NCBI GenBank assembly: GCA_028698185.1
Contig: JAQVDW010000022.1
Coordinates: 1-30,524, forward strand
DNA: 30,524 nt
From: Erysipelotrichaceae bacterium
Lineage (GTDB): Bacteria; Bacillota_I; Bacilli_A; Erysipelotrichales; Coprobacillaceae
Direction of reading: 5' to 3'
Shown: positions 18,046 through 25,635 of the stretch, piece after piece
Layout of the letters: the number at the start of each line of letters is the position of its first letter
Numbering within the stretch: the stretch's first letter is position 1
The notes under the pieces: model-generated
The model's database searches: none
Told to the model about the DNA's origin: nothing
Seen by the model: only the letters and a program-made list of their open reading frames with translations
Position numbers and translations under genes: made by a program

Positions 18046-18072
18046 TTCCACCTTTCCCGGTGGAATTTTTTT
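18046..18072 (+). terminator. Rho-independent terminator after fsa paralog 2
   Basis: ttccacc / tttccc / ggtggaa followed by T7. Confidence 0.75.
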
Positions 18073-18206
18073 ACGCCGGCATGGAGGCATCCGGCTTGGA
18101 AACCATAGCCAAAGTGGCATCATATTTGGTTGAACTTGGCCTTGATTTTTGGTACCTTATAAATGGAATGGGATTTTGATAATCAAGGAGCAGGGGGCGG
18201 CAAATT

Positions 18207-18722
18207 ATGAAAAAGGTGATCGTGATCGGTTCTCCGGGAAGTGGCAAGAGCACATTTTCACGGGAACTGCAGCAAATAACGGGAATAAAGCTGTTTCATC
18301 TTGACTTGTTGTTCCACCGGCCGGACCGGACAACCTGTCCGATGGAAAAATTCGATGATAAGCTCACAATGATCATGGATAGGGATGAGTGGATAATCGA
18401 TGGCAACTATGCCCGGACGCTTCAAGCCCGGCTTGAAAGATGCGACACCGTCTTCTAGCTCGATTATCCGGTTGATTTGTGTCTTGCAGGCATCCACGCC
18501 CGGATTGGCCGGCCCCGGCCGGACATGCCCTGGATCGAGACGGAGGCAGATGAGGAGTTTTTAAAATTTGTGCAAAATTTCAAGACTGATGTCGAACCGG
18601 AGATGGCCAAACTGATCAAAGCGTGCCAGCCCCATAATGTCCGCCGCTTCAAATCCCGCAAAGAGGCAGCCGATTATCTTGAAAACCTGAAGATCCAGGC
18701 AAGTGGCTCAAACGCGCTGTGA
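18207..18722 (+). pseudogene. P-loop kinase-like ATPase (adenylate-kinase / topology-modulation-protein family) split by an in-frame TAG
   Basis: Walker A VIVIGSPGSGKST. ORFs 18207-18458 and 18477-18722 share one frame and are joined by ..CDTVF-TAG-LDYPVDLCLAGIHARIGRPRPDMPW.., which is colinear with intact family members (..D.IIFLD.P...C..R). The TAG is at 18456-18458. Confidence 0.72.
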
Positions 18723-18809
18723 TCATGATACTAGCCAAGCCCGCTTTGGGGCGGGGATGGATGGCTTCTGGCAAACGGAGCTAAAAAATGGAAAAAATGG
18801 AGAAATACA

Positions 18810-19601
18810 ATGAAGATAGGTTTTTTTGATTCGGGAATAGGGGGCGTCACCGTTCTTTACGAAGCGGTGAAATTGCTGCCCGGGGCTGATTTCATCTATT
18901 ATGCGGATACAAAAAATGTCCCTTATGGTCCCAAGGCCAAGGAAGAAGTGTTCAACTATATCGCCATGGCGATGGAGTTTCTGGTAAGCCATGAGGTGGA
19001 TGCCATAGTGATCGCCTGCAACACCGCCACAAGCATCGCCATCGAGCGGATTCGAAGCAAATACGCGATCCCCATCATCGGGATGGAACCGGCGGTCAAA
19101 CCGGCGCTCGAAAATGTGCGCGGAACCGACCGGAGTGTCCTGGTGACGGGAACGCAGCTGACCCTCAAGGAGGAAAAGCTCCACAACCTTATCGCCCGGC
19201 TCGAAAGCGGCAATGTCGTCGAACTGCTGCCCTTGCCGGGGCTTGTGCAATTCGCGGAACGGCTGGAGTTCAACAGCGAAGCTGTAACCGCCTATCTCAA
19301 GGAACAGTTTGCAAGATTCGACCTGGAAAACTGCGACACCATAGTGCTGGGGTGCACCCATTTTCCTTACTTCAAGGACACCATCAAGGAGCTGGTGCCA
19401 GCCCATATCTCCATCATCGACGGGAGCATCGGGACGGCCAAGAACCTCAAACGGATCATGGAGCAGCGGGGCTTCGACCTTGCCGGTAAAAAAACCATCA
19501 CCTTCTACAATTCCGGTGTTGAAGCGGATTGCCAGGAGCAAGCCAAATTCGACAAGCTGTTCGCCCGGCTGAGGATGCTCGATGAAAAGATGAAGCCTTG
19601 A
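18810..19601 (+). CDS. murI: Glutamate racemase
   Basis: MKIGFFDSGIGGVTVL.., with catalytic Cys motifs IACNTAT and LGCTHFP. Confidence 0.93.
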   Translation: MKIGFFDSGIGGVTVLYEAVKLLPGADFIYYADTKNVPYGPKAKEEVFNYIAMAMEFLVSHEVDAIVIACNTATSIAIERIRSKYAIPIIGMEPAVKPALENVRGTDRSVLVTGTQLTLKEEKLHNLIARLESGNVVELLPLPGLVQFAERLEFNSEAVTAYLKEQFARFDLENCDTIVLGCTHFPYFKDTIKELVPAHISIIDGSIGTAKNLKRIMEQRGFDLAGKKTITFYNSGVEADCQEQAKFDKLFARLRMLDEKMKP

Positions 19602-19654
19602 TTGTGGTTTTAAAGGATAAGGCATAATGCAACAAACATAATAAACGCCAAACT

Positions 19655-19683
19655 AAAACAGGCTGAACATATCAGCCTGTTTT
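19655..19683. terminator. Bidirectional rho-independent terminator between murI and the YjzC-like gene
   Basis: aaaacaggctga / acata / tcagcctgtttt: a perfect 12-bp stem flanked by A and T runs on both sides. Confidence 0.8.
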
Positions 19684-19687
19684 AGCG

Positions 19688-19855
19688 TTATTTGTGTTCC
19701 CACTTATTGCCATGTTTTGACGTAGGCGGTAAGCGGTCACCCTTGTCAATGTGAACAACGCGGGGTTTGTCTAGTTTGCCACCACGAGGACCGGTTTCAA
19801 CCCATTCACCAGGTTCAACATTGTCAGTACCAGGGGTTGCAAGGTTCTTTTTCAT
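19688..19855 (-). CDS. Small YjzC-like protein
   Basis: ATG at 19855 lies 8 nt after AAGGAGG. The 55-aa product ..PGEWVETGPRGGKLDKPRVVHIDKGDRLPPTSKHGNKWEH resembles the B. subtilis YjzC family. Confidence 0.6.
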   Translation of the reverse strand: MKKNLATPGTDNVEPGEWVETGPRGGKLDKPRVVHIDKGDRLPPTSKHGNKWEHK

Positions 19856-20258
19856 AAAGATGACCTCCTTTTTATTATCTTTATCTCTACCTGTATTATA
19901 CACCTGATTTTAATTTGTGCCCATAAAAAGAGAGCTTTTTCAAAACTACGAAATTGTTTTTCATCTCCTGAACAAAATGTTTTTTATTCATGGAATAAAA
20001 ATTTCAATGGGTTCCACCGGTGCAATATATCCAGCTTTCCAATATGGCCCGGGCCATTACTCATGTGAAATGGCCCGGAACTCCGGCATCCAGATTTGGC
20101 AAGGGGCTGGAATTGTCAAGTTTGGTTGGCTGATGGATAGATAATCCGATAATGAAAGGCCTGCGAAACTGATTTTGTTTTCAGATTTTAAAATTATCTC
20201 CGATAATCCCCGGTTCTTGTTATAATCACCCTAATACGGATGACAGGAGGATGACAGG

Positions 20259-20954
20259 ATGGATTTCAAGATCGGTTTGACCACGAAAAACCGCAATTAT
20301 CACAGGAAGGTGTTTTTCTGCCTTTTGGGTCTGTTCATCTCCGCCTTTGGGATGAGCTTGCTGATAAAATCGGCCCTGGGCCAGAGCACGGTCTCGGCTT
20401 TGGCTTACAATCTTTCCCTGGTTTCCGGAATCAGGACCGGGACGATCGTCGCCTATGTCAATTACCTTTGTCTTGTCGGCCAGATTGTTTTGCTCAAGAA
20501 GGATTTCAAGCCATTCCAGCTGCTGCAGCTGGGGATCACCTTTGTCTTCGGGGCGATGGTCAACTTCTTTCTCTATGATTTCTTTTTGACAGCCAATCTC
20601 GTCTTGGCGGACTACCCCTTGCAGGCGGCAACCTTCCTGGTGGGGATTGCCATCATGGCTTTTGGGGTGGCGCTGGTATTCGTGGCTGATTTTGTATTTT
20701 TGCCCTTCGAAGGATTCTGCAAACTGCTCGCCAGCCATTTGAATCTGCCATTTGGCAAGTTGCGCGTGGCAATCGATTCGTCACTGGTGGTCATATCACT
20801 CGTCCTGATCTTCACCCAGAGCCTGCCCAACACCTCAATCAGGGAAGGGACCCTTCTCTATGCCCTGGCCTTTGGCTTTTTGATCAACTTCTTTTTAAGC
20901 CAACTCAACAAGATGCAAATATTCCAACAAGAAGACCAGATTAAAAGCAGCTGA
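20259..20954 (+). CDS. Polytopic membrane protein (YczE/YitT-like)
   Basis: 231 aa with about 5-6 hydrophobic helices and an AGGAGG RBS. The N-terminal ..RKVFFCLLGLFISAFGMSLLIKSALGQSTVSAL.. is reminiscent of YczE-type proteins. Confidence 0.6.
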   Translation: MDFKIGLTTKNRNYHRKVFFCLLGLFISAFGMSLLIKSALGQSTVSALAYNLSLVSGIRTGTIVAYVNYLCLVGQIVLLKKDFKPFQLLQLGITFVFGAMVNFFLYDFFLTANLVLADYPLQAATFLVGIAIMAFGVALVFVADFVFLPFEGFCKLLASHLNLPFGKLRVAIDSSLVVISLVLIFTQSLPNTSIREGTLLYALAFGFLINFFLSQLNKMQIFQQEDQIKSS

Positions 20955-20974
20955 AACACTCAGCTGCTTTTGTG
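20944..20974. terminator. Bidirectional terminator between the membrane-protein and pilin-like genes
   Basis: aaagcagctga / aacac / tcagctgcttt: a perfect 11-bp stem that overlaps the stop codon at 20952-20954. Confidence 0.7.
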
Positions 20975-20975
20975 G

Positions 20976-21860
20976 TTATTTGACGATCTTCCAGTAACCC
21001 TGGCTGGCAGGGGTGCAGGCGACAGTGGAACCGACTCCCGTGATACTGCCAAGTAGCTCATAATCGGTGCCTTTGTGGGAAACCGTGGCGTCACCGACTG
21101 TATTGTCATTTCGATAATGGACATAATAGACACCATTGATGCAGACCATGCTTGATTGGATATCGCCCGCTTTCACGTCGTTACTGCCATAGGCGGCAAA
21201 GTAGACGGTATTGGTGTCCTGTGAAACAACCGGAACCCAGTATAGATCTTCTTCGCTGGATATCAGGTCTTTTTCGGCTGCTGTGACATCCTGGTATTGA
21301 CTGTTGGCCAAAACAAACTCCCGGAAATTCTTGGTTGTGCTGTTTTTGTTGACCAGGTCGGTCTTGTTGTCGGTATACATCTTGATGATATCGGTCGGGT
21401 CGAGATATGTCGCAACCGGATTGGCGCCATCGAAGATGACCACTTGCTTGTTGACCTTGACCAAAGCCACCTTGGCTGAACCGTCAAGGGCGGTGAAGTC
21501 GAACAGGAAAGAGTTGGCCGGCACGTCTTCGTCGTGGTAGCTGTTTGCTTCGCTGTAGTAAAGCAGGCTGTTGAGATTGAGCTCGCTGTCAAGCTGGTCG
21601 TTGACGTTGGCGATTATGGAGGCATTGGCCGTTTCATCCTGGTAGGTCATTTGGGCGTTTTCAAGCTTGTTGTCGATGGCATAGCGTGCCTGTTCGACCT
21701 GGAGAACCGAGTAGATGCTTTGGGCCTGCTGGATGTACTTGGCGTTGAGCGCGTCGGATACATAGCCCAATAGCACCGGAAAGGCGATTGCCGCGAGCAC
21801 AGCCATGATCAGGATGACGACGATCAGTTCAACAAGGGTGAATCCTTTATTGTTTTTCAT
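20976..21860 (-). CDS. Prepilin-type N-terminal cleavage/methylation domain protein (type IV pilin / pseudopilin-like) with a ~250-aa C-terminal domain
   Basis: MKNNKGFTLVELIVVILIMAVLAAIAFP is a class III signal (G|FTLVE, Glu at +5) followed by a hydrophobic helix. Confidence 0.8.
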   Translation of the reverse strand: MKNNKGFTLVELIVVILIMAVLAAIAFPVLLGYVSDALNAKYIQQAQSIYSVLQVEQARYAIDNKLENAQMTYQDETANASIIANVNDQLDSELNLNSLLYYSEANSYHDEDVPANSFLFDFTALDGSAKVALVKVNKQVVIFDGANPVATYLDPTDIIKMYTDNKTDLVNKNSTTKNFREFVLANSQYQDVTAAEKDLISSEEDLYWVPVVSQDTNTVYFAAYGSNDVKAGDIQSSMVCINGVYYVHYRNDNTVGDATVSHKGTDYELLGSITGVGSTVACTPASQGYWKIVK

Positions 21861-21933
21861 GATATCAACTCCCTTTGACTATAATTATACTGGTGGCAAG
21901 CAAATTAGACAAGAACTAAGCAACATAATCAAT

Positions 21934-21958
21934 AAAAAAAGGGGAGTTGGTTACTCCC
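21934..21958 (-). terminator. Rho-independent terminator of the MerR-family gene
   Basis: Minus strand: gggagt / aacca / actccc followed by T7. Confidence 0.7.
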
Positions 21959-21962
21959 GCTT

Positions 21963-22415
21963 TTAATTTGTTTGTTCCTCGTGATGCAGTCTGCTGTTTT
22001 GTTTAAGCTCGATGACCTTTTGCGGTGTCAGGCTGTGATCGAAATCGGTCGTCCCTTCGTTGCAGGCTGTCTCATAAAACCAGCACTTGTACAGGATCGC
22101 GTTATATGTTTTTTCCATTTCGGCCATCTTTTTTTCCATATGGGCCTTCTGGCGGTGGAACATGTCACGCCGCTCCTCGATTGTCTCATCGCCCAAAAGG
22201 GTCCAGTCGACAAACTGCTTGATGTCCTTGATTGAAAGTCCCGAAGCCTTGAGGCATTGCACCAGGCGCAACAGGTTAAGATCGTCCTGGTTGAATGTCC
22301 GGATGCCGCTTGGAGTCCGGTTGACCAAAGGCAGCAGGCCTTCCTTGTCGTAATAACGCAAGGTGGATGGGGTGATACCTAAGATTTTCGCTACTTCTCC
22401 GATTGAATATTCCAT
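21963..22415 (-). CDS. MerR-family transcriptional regulator
   Basis: MEYSIGEVAKILGITPSTLRYYDKEGLLP is the MerR HTH, followed by a coiled-coil dimerisation helix. ATG 22415 lies 7 nt after GGAGG. The TTG start at 22427 in the ORF track is unlikely. Confidence 0.88.
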   Translation of the reverse strand: MEYSIGEVAKILGITPSTLRYYDKEGLLPLVNRTPSGIRTFNQDDLNLLRLVQCLKASGLSIKDIKQFVDWTLLGDETIEERRDMFHRQKAHMEKKMAEMEKTYNAILYKCWFYETACNEGTTDFDHSLTPQKVIELKQNSRLHHEEQTN

Positions 22416-22428
22416 AGTTTCCTCCAAA

Positions 22429-22446
22429 CTTAAAGTTAACTTTAAT
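22429..22446. promoter_or_regulatory. Near-perfect palindrome CTTAAAGT-TA-ACTTTAAT, candidate MerR-family operator
   Basis: TTAAAGTTAACTTTAA (22430-22445) is a perfect 16-bp palindrome, 14 nt upstream of the merR-family start codon. It shares 13/18 positions with the inverted repeat inside the 19-bp-spacer promoter at 27349-27379. Confidence 0.45.
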
Positions 22447-22749
22447 AGTTATGGAATTTATTTTATCATTTATCGCCATAATGTCAAGCAAACATTAGCC
22501 AAAGAAGATGCCCGGGTTTTCTTATGCCAGGCAGGGGCGCGGGAGGGGTTATGAATTCCGGTTATCATGACAGATGTCGCACCTTCTTGATAAAAAAAGG
22601 AATAAAAGTTCAGGATTTATGGCTCTGGATTCGATATTGCGGACTTTAGCTCCCCAATGGTCCACGGACCTTTTATTTGTGGGGAAATATGCTATTATTT
22701 TTTTGCCAGGAACAAATGATTCCTGAAAGAAAACACGGAGGATTCAGTT

Positions 22750-23235
22750 ATGGAATTTAAAAGCATCATGCACGTTTCATTCTTCACCGACCAGATGGAT
22801 GTGATGCGGGATTTTTATGAGAACAAACTTGGCTTGAAAACCAAGATCGTTACCCGCGCCCGCCTTTACGAAGGATTGAACCGTGGGGCCTACAGCGAAG
22901 TGGCAAAAATCGATCCTGATCGGATCATCATCGTCTACATCGAGATCGCTCCAGGCCAGTTCATCGAACTTTTCCCCAAAAACGAGGGTCAAAAGGAACA
23001 TGACCAATGGAATGAACGGGTAGGCTATTCGCATTTCGCCCTGCTTGTCGATGATATCGAAGACACAAGAGACCAGCTTGTCGCTGCCGGAGTGGAAATC
23101 GACACGCCCCTTTCAAAAGGGCCTTCGAACACTTGGCAGATGTGGGTTCACGATCCCGATGGGAATAAATTCGAAATCATGCAATACACGCCCGAATCGT
23201 TCCAGTTGGTTGGAAGCATCATGGAGTCCAAATAG
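22750..23235 (+). CDS. VOC (glyoxalase/bleomycin-resistance/dioxygenase) family protein
   Basis: 161 aa with two beta-alpha-beta-beta-beta-like modules (..HVSFFTDQMDVMRDFYENKLGLK.. and ..YSHFALLVDDIEDTRDQLVAAGVEI..). GGAGG RBS. Confidence 0.75.
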   Translation: MEFKSIMHVSFFTDQMDVMRDFYENKLGLKTKIVTRARLYEGLNRGAYSEVAKIDPDRIIIVYIEIAPGQFIELFPKNEGQKEHDQWNERVGYSHFALLVDDIEDTRDQLVAAGVEIDTPLSKGPSNTWQMWVHDPDGNKFEIMQYTPESFQLVGSIMESK

Positions 23236-23299
23236 TCAACCCGCTTGATCGAAGCAACTTGTATTAATCGCAAAATGAAAATCCAATGAGGTGGAAAAA

Positions 23300-24283
23300 A
23301 TGAAACTAGGAATTTTAGGAACCGGCATGATTGTCCAGGATTTGTTCAGGACAATCGACCTGATTCCAATTGAAAAAAAATATCTGCTGGGAACTCCAAG
23401 TACGAAGGACCAAACCGCAGAGCTTGCCAATAAATACAATCTTGACGGCTATGATCTCGATTATGATGCATTGCTTGCCCGCGATATTGACACTGTCTAT
23501 GTGGCCTTGCCAAACTACCTGCACTATTCTTTTGCCAAAAAGGCTCTCGAGAGCGGGAAACATGTCATCATCGAAAAGCCGGTGACTGCCAATGCGACCG
23601 AGCTTAAGGAGCTCATGGCCATCGCCAGGGAAAAGGACCTGTTTATCCTCGAAGCGATGAACATCCACTACCTGCCTACCTACAAGGCGCTTAAAGAAAA
23701 AGTTGAGGAAGTGGGAGCAGTCAAGATTGTCAGCTTCAACTACTCGCAATATTCATCACGCTACAATGCGTTCAAAAACGGGGACATCCTGCCGGCATTC
23801 GACTGCCATAAGGCCGGTGGGGCACTGATGGATCTAAATGTCTACAACCTCCATGGCATCATCGGCATCTTCGGCCGGCCCCAGAACATCATATACCAGG
23901 CCAACATTGAACGGGGCATCGACACCAGCGGAATCATGTTGCTTGACTATGGAACGTTCAAGGCTGTTTCAATCGGTGCGAAAGACTGCAAGGCACCGGT
24001 CATGCTGACAATCCAAGGTGATCAGGGGGTGATCCGGGTTGACACGCCAATCAACCAGCTCAAATCTTTCGAATATCTCACCAACACCAATGAAAGTGAG
24101 ACTGTCGCGATCGACAACGACAAGCACCGCCTGTACTATGAGTTTGTCGAATTCGGCCGCATCATCGACAGCAATGACCAGACAAAGGCGAAACAGATGC
24201 TTGAGTTGAGTTTTGTTGTCAGCGAAGTTATGGAAGAGGCCCGCAAACAAGCCGGTATCGTCTTCGACAACGATTTGAAATAA
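23300..24283 (+). CDS. Gfo/Idh/MocA-family NAD(P)-dependent oxidoreductase
   Basis: N-terminal Rossmann MKLGILGTGMI, the conserved EKP motif (HVIIEKPVTAN), and a C-terminal alpha/beta domain. Confidence 0.82.
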   Translation: MKLGILGTGMIVQDLFRTIDLIPIEKKYLLGTPSTKDQTAELANKYNLDGYDLDYDALLARDIDTVYVALPNYLHYSFAKKALESGKHVIIEKPVTANATELKELMAIAREKDLFILEAMNIHYLPTYKALKEKVEEVGAVKIVSFNYSQYSSRYNAFKNGDILPAFDCHKAGGALMDLNVYNLHGIIGIFGRPQNIIYQANIERGIDTSGIMLLDYGTFKAVSIGAKDCKAPVMLTIQGDQGVIRVDTPINQLKSFEYLTNTNESETVAIDNDKHRLYYEFVEFGRIIDSNDQTKAKQMLELSFVVSEVMEEARKQAGIVFDNDLK

Positions 24284-24346
24284 TGCTTTTGTGCATAGTT
24301 CGAAACTTCCACAAATTTCAAATCATCCACACATCCAAAGGTTTCA

Positions 24347-24375
24347 TTGACAAAATGATGGGCCTGAGGTATATT
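24347..24375 (+). promoter_or_regulatory. Sigma-A-like promoter driving the riboswitch leader
   Basis: TTGACA (24347-24352), 17-nt spacer, TATATT (24370-24375). A second candidate is TTGACT at 24380-24385 with CATAAT at 24401-24406. Confidence 0.5.
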
Positions 24376-24429
24376 GTTATTGACTTGAGGATGATTGTTA
24401 CATAATGAAATAGAATATATTCAAAAGTT

Positions 24430-24517
24430 ATCTAGGGTTTTGCAGTTTTAATGGGCAGCGACCAAGAGATAACTCACAGTTGAAACTGTGTCACGGAAGG
24501 ACAAAAGCCTGGGAGAT
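24430..24517 (+). promoter_or_regulatory. ykkC-family (guanidine-I-like) riboswitch aptamer, variant sequence
   Basis: Three conserved blocks occur in the right order and spacing. These are CUAGGGUU (24432-24439), GACCAAGAG (consensus GGUCCGAGAG), and CACGGAAGGACAAAAGCCUGGGAGA (consensus ACGGCGGGAnAAAAGCCCGGGAGA). There is an internal hairpin CACAGU-UGAA-ACUGUG. The CGGG/CCCG to AAGG/CCUG change is partly compensatory. Confidence 0.7.
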
Positions 24518-24553
24518 ATTATGACGATATCTTTCAGGCTTATTTTGATTTTT
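24505..24553 (+). terminator. Intrinsic terminator forming the riboswitch expression platform
   Basis: AAGCCUGGGAGAUAU / uaugacg / AUAUCUUUCAGGCUU, followed by auuuugauuuuu. The 5' arm is the conserved 3' strand of the aptamer, so the two folds are mutually exclusive (ON-switch logic). Confidence 0.75.
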
Positions 24554-24591
24554 GATGATATTTGTGTTTTCTGGAAGAAAGGATGCTCAAA

Positions 24592-25079
24592 ATGTTTAGA
24601 ACTATGAGAAGAAAAAAACAATTATTATCAACGGAAGAAATAGAGGTGATAATGAAAAGATGCACAAACGGCGTCTTGGCCTGTTTGGGTGATGATGACT
24701 ATCCGTATGCCGTCCCGGTGAGTTTTGTTTACTTTAACGATAGAATATATTTCCACACGGCAAAAGCAGGCCATAAGATCGATGCGATAACAAGATATTC
24801 AAAAGTATCATTTTCGGTGGTTGATGAAGATACTGTAGTAAGCGAAGAGTATACAACATACTTCCGCAGTGTTATCGCTTTTGGGAAAGCTAGAATAGTT
24901 GGGGAGAATGAAAAATTGGCGGCCTTTAAGGAATTGGTGAAAAAGTATTCCGGCGATCAACCGATGGATGCCCAACATAAGGAAATTGAAGGTGTGTTCA
25001 TGCATATATAGTTGCGATAGATGTTGAGCATATAACAGGTAAAGAAGCTATCGAATACAGCAAAGCAAAAAAACAGTGA
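24592..25079 (+). pseudogene. Pyridoxamine 5'-phosphate oxidase family (Pyridox_ox_2 / NimA-like flavoprotein), C-terminus displaced by a frameshift near 24990
   Basis: MFRTMRRKKQLLSTEEIEVIMKRCTNGVLACLGDDDYPYAVPVSFVY..IYFHTAKAGHKID is typical of the family. Frame 1 stops at 25009-25011. Frame 0 continues ..CVHAYIVAIDVEHITGKEAIEYSKAKKQ with a stop at 25077-25079, and that is the expected family C-terminus (..IEHxTGKE..). Confidence 0.78.
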
Positions 25080-25604
25080 CGATATATGGAGATTGGGACG
25101 AATCCTGATCCTGTTGCACCTGCCGAACAATGAGATATTACCAGTCCGCCATTTTTCATATCGGAAGAACCTGAGCGAAGCAAATTCAAATATCAATGTT
25201 TGCTCAACAATTTGAGAACCGAGGACCCCAAGTGGCGAGAATGGATCCGATATTTCATCGAGGTTCCAATCAATCAGGCAATACATATATTGATACACCT
25301 GTTTAACTCGAACTGCTTCATCGTGAAACCGGGGTCCATGGCCTTAGTCAAAATATTGATTTGAGGCAGTGAATCCAATATTCAGGAATGCGGTTTCCAC
25401 CATCAATTATGAGGGGTTACACAAAGGTAGTACCAATGCCTCAAGAAGGTCCGTCGATGCCTTTGTAGCACCGTTAGGGTTTATCCTGATGACAGGAAGA
25501 ATAACAAGGTGGCGTTTCTATGACTTGGAGGGTCCAATGCGCCAATTGCCTGTATTCATGTTCGACTGGAAAGCTGGCTATGGCCGGCTTTTTTGATTTG
25601 ACAG

Positions 25605-25635
25605 ACAAAAAGACCCGGTCCATAATCTGGACCGG
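25605..25635 (-). terminator. Rho-independent terminator downstream of the EIIC gene
   Basis: Minus strand: ccggtcc / agattat / ggaccgg followed by gtcttttt. Confidence 0.6.

Noticed and set aside
18456-18458. TAG read as a sense codon (alternative genetic code or pyrrolysine-type recoding)
   Set aside because: TAG terminates several intact, well-aligned genes in this window (ulaG, arsC copy 1, the GRE, fsa paralog 2). No pyl-type genes are visible. A nonsense mutation is the simpler explanation.
18723-19625. 300-aa ORF on the minus strand
   Set aside because: It lies entirely antisense to the well-supported glutamate racemase gene (murI, 18810-19601). It has no RBS and no recognisable motifs. 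It is a typical shadow ORF of a codon-biased, relatively GC-rich gene.
20020-20040. T-box-like GGUGGAACC element on the minus strand (gcaccggtggaaccc)
   Set aside because: Only a partial resemblance to the T-box core was found. There is no specifier-loop or AGAGA architecture. The downstream minus-strand gene (YjzC-like) has its own promoter closer in and is not an amino-acid-related gene.
24430-24517. Possible ZTP (pfl-motif) riboswitch, based on GGGCAGCGAC...CCUGGGAG
   Set aside because: On closer reading, the CUAGGGUU start, the central ..CCAAGAG block and the ACGG..GGAC-AAAAGCC-UGGGAGA 3' block fit the ykkC/guanidine-I family much better than the ZTP consensus (GGGUCGUGAC...CCGCCUGGGC). 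The gene context is also not purine or folate.
24957-25298. 113-aa minus-strand ORF
   Set aside because: It runs antisense into the 3' end of the PNPOx-family gene and has no RBS. Only its N-terminal part looks protein-like. It is treated as part of a degraded region, not as a gene.
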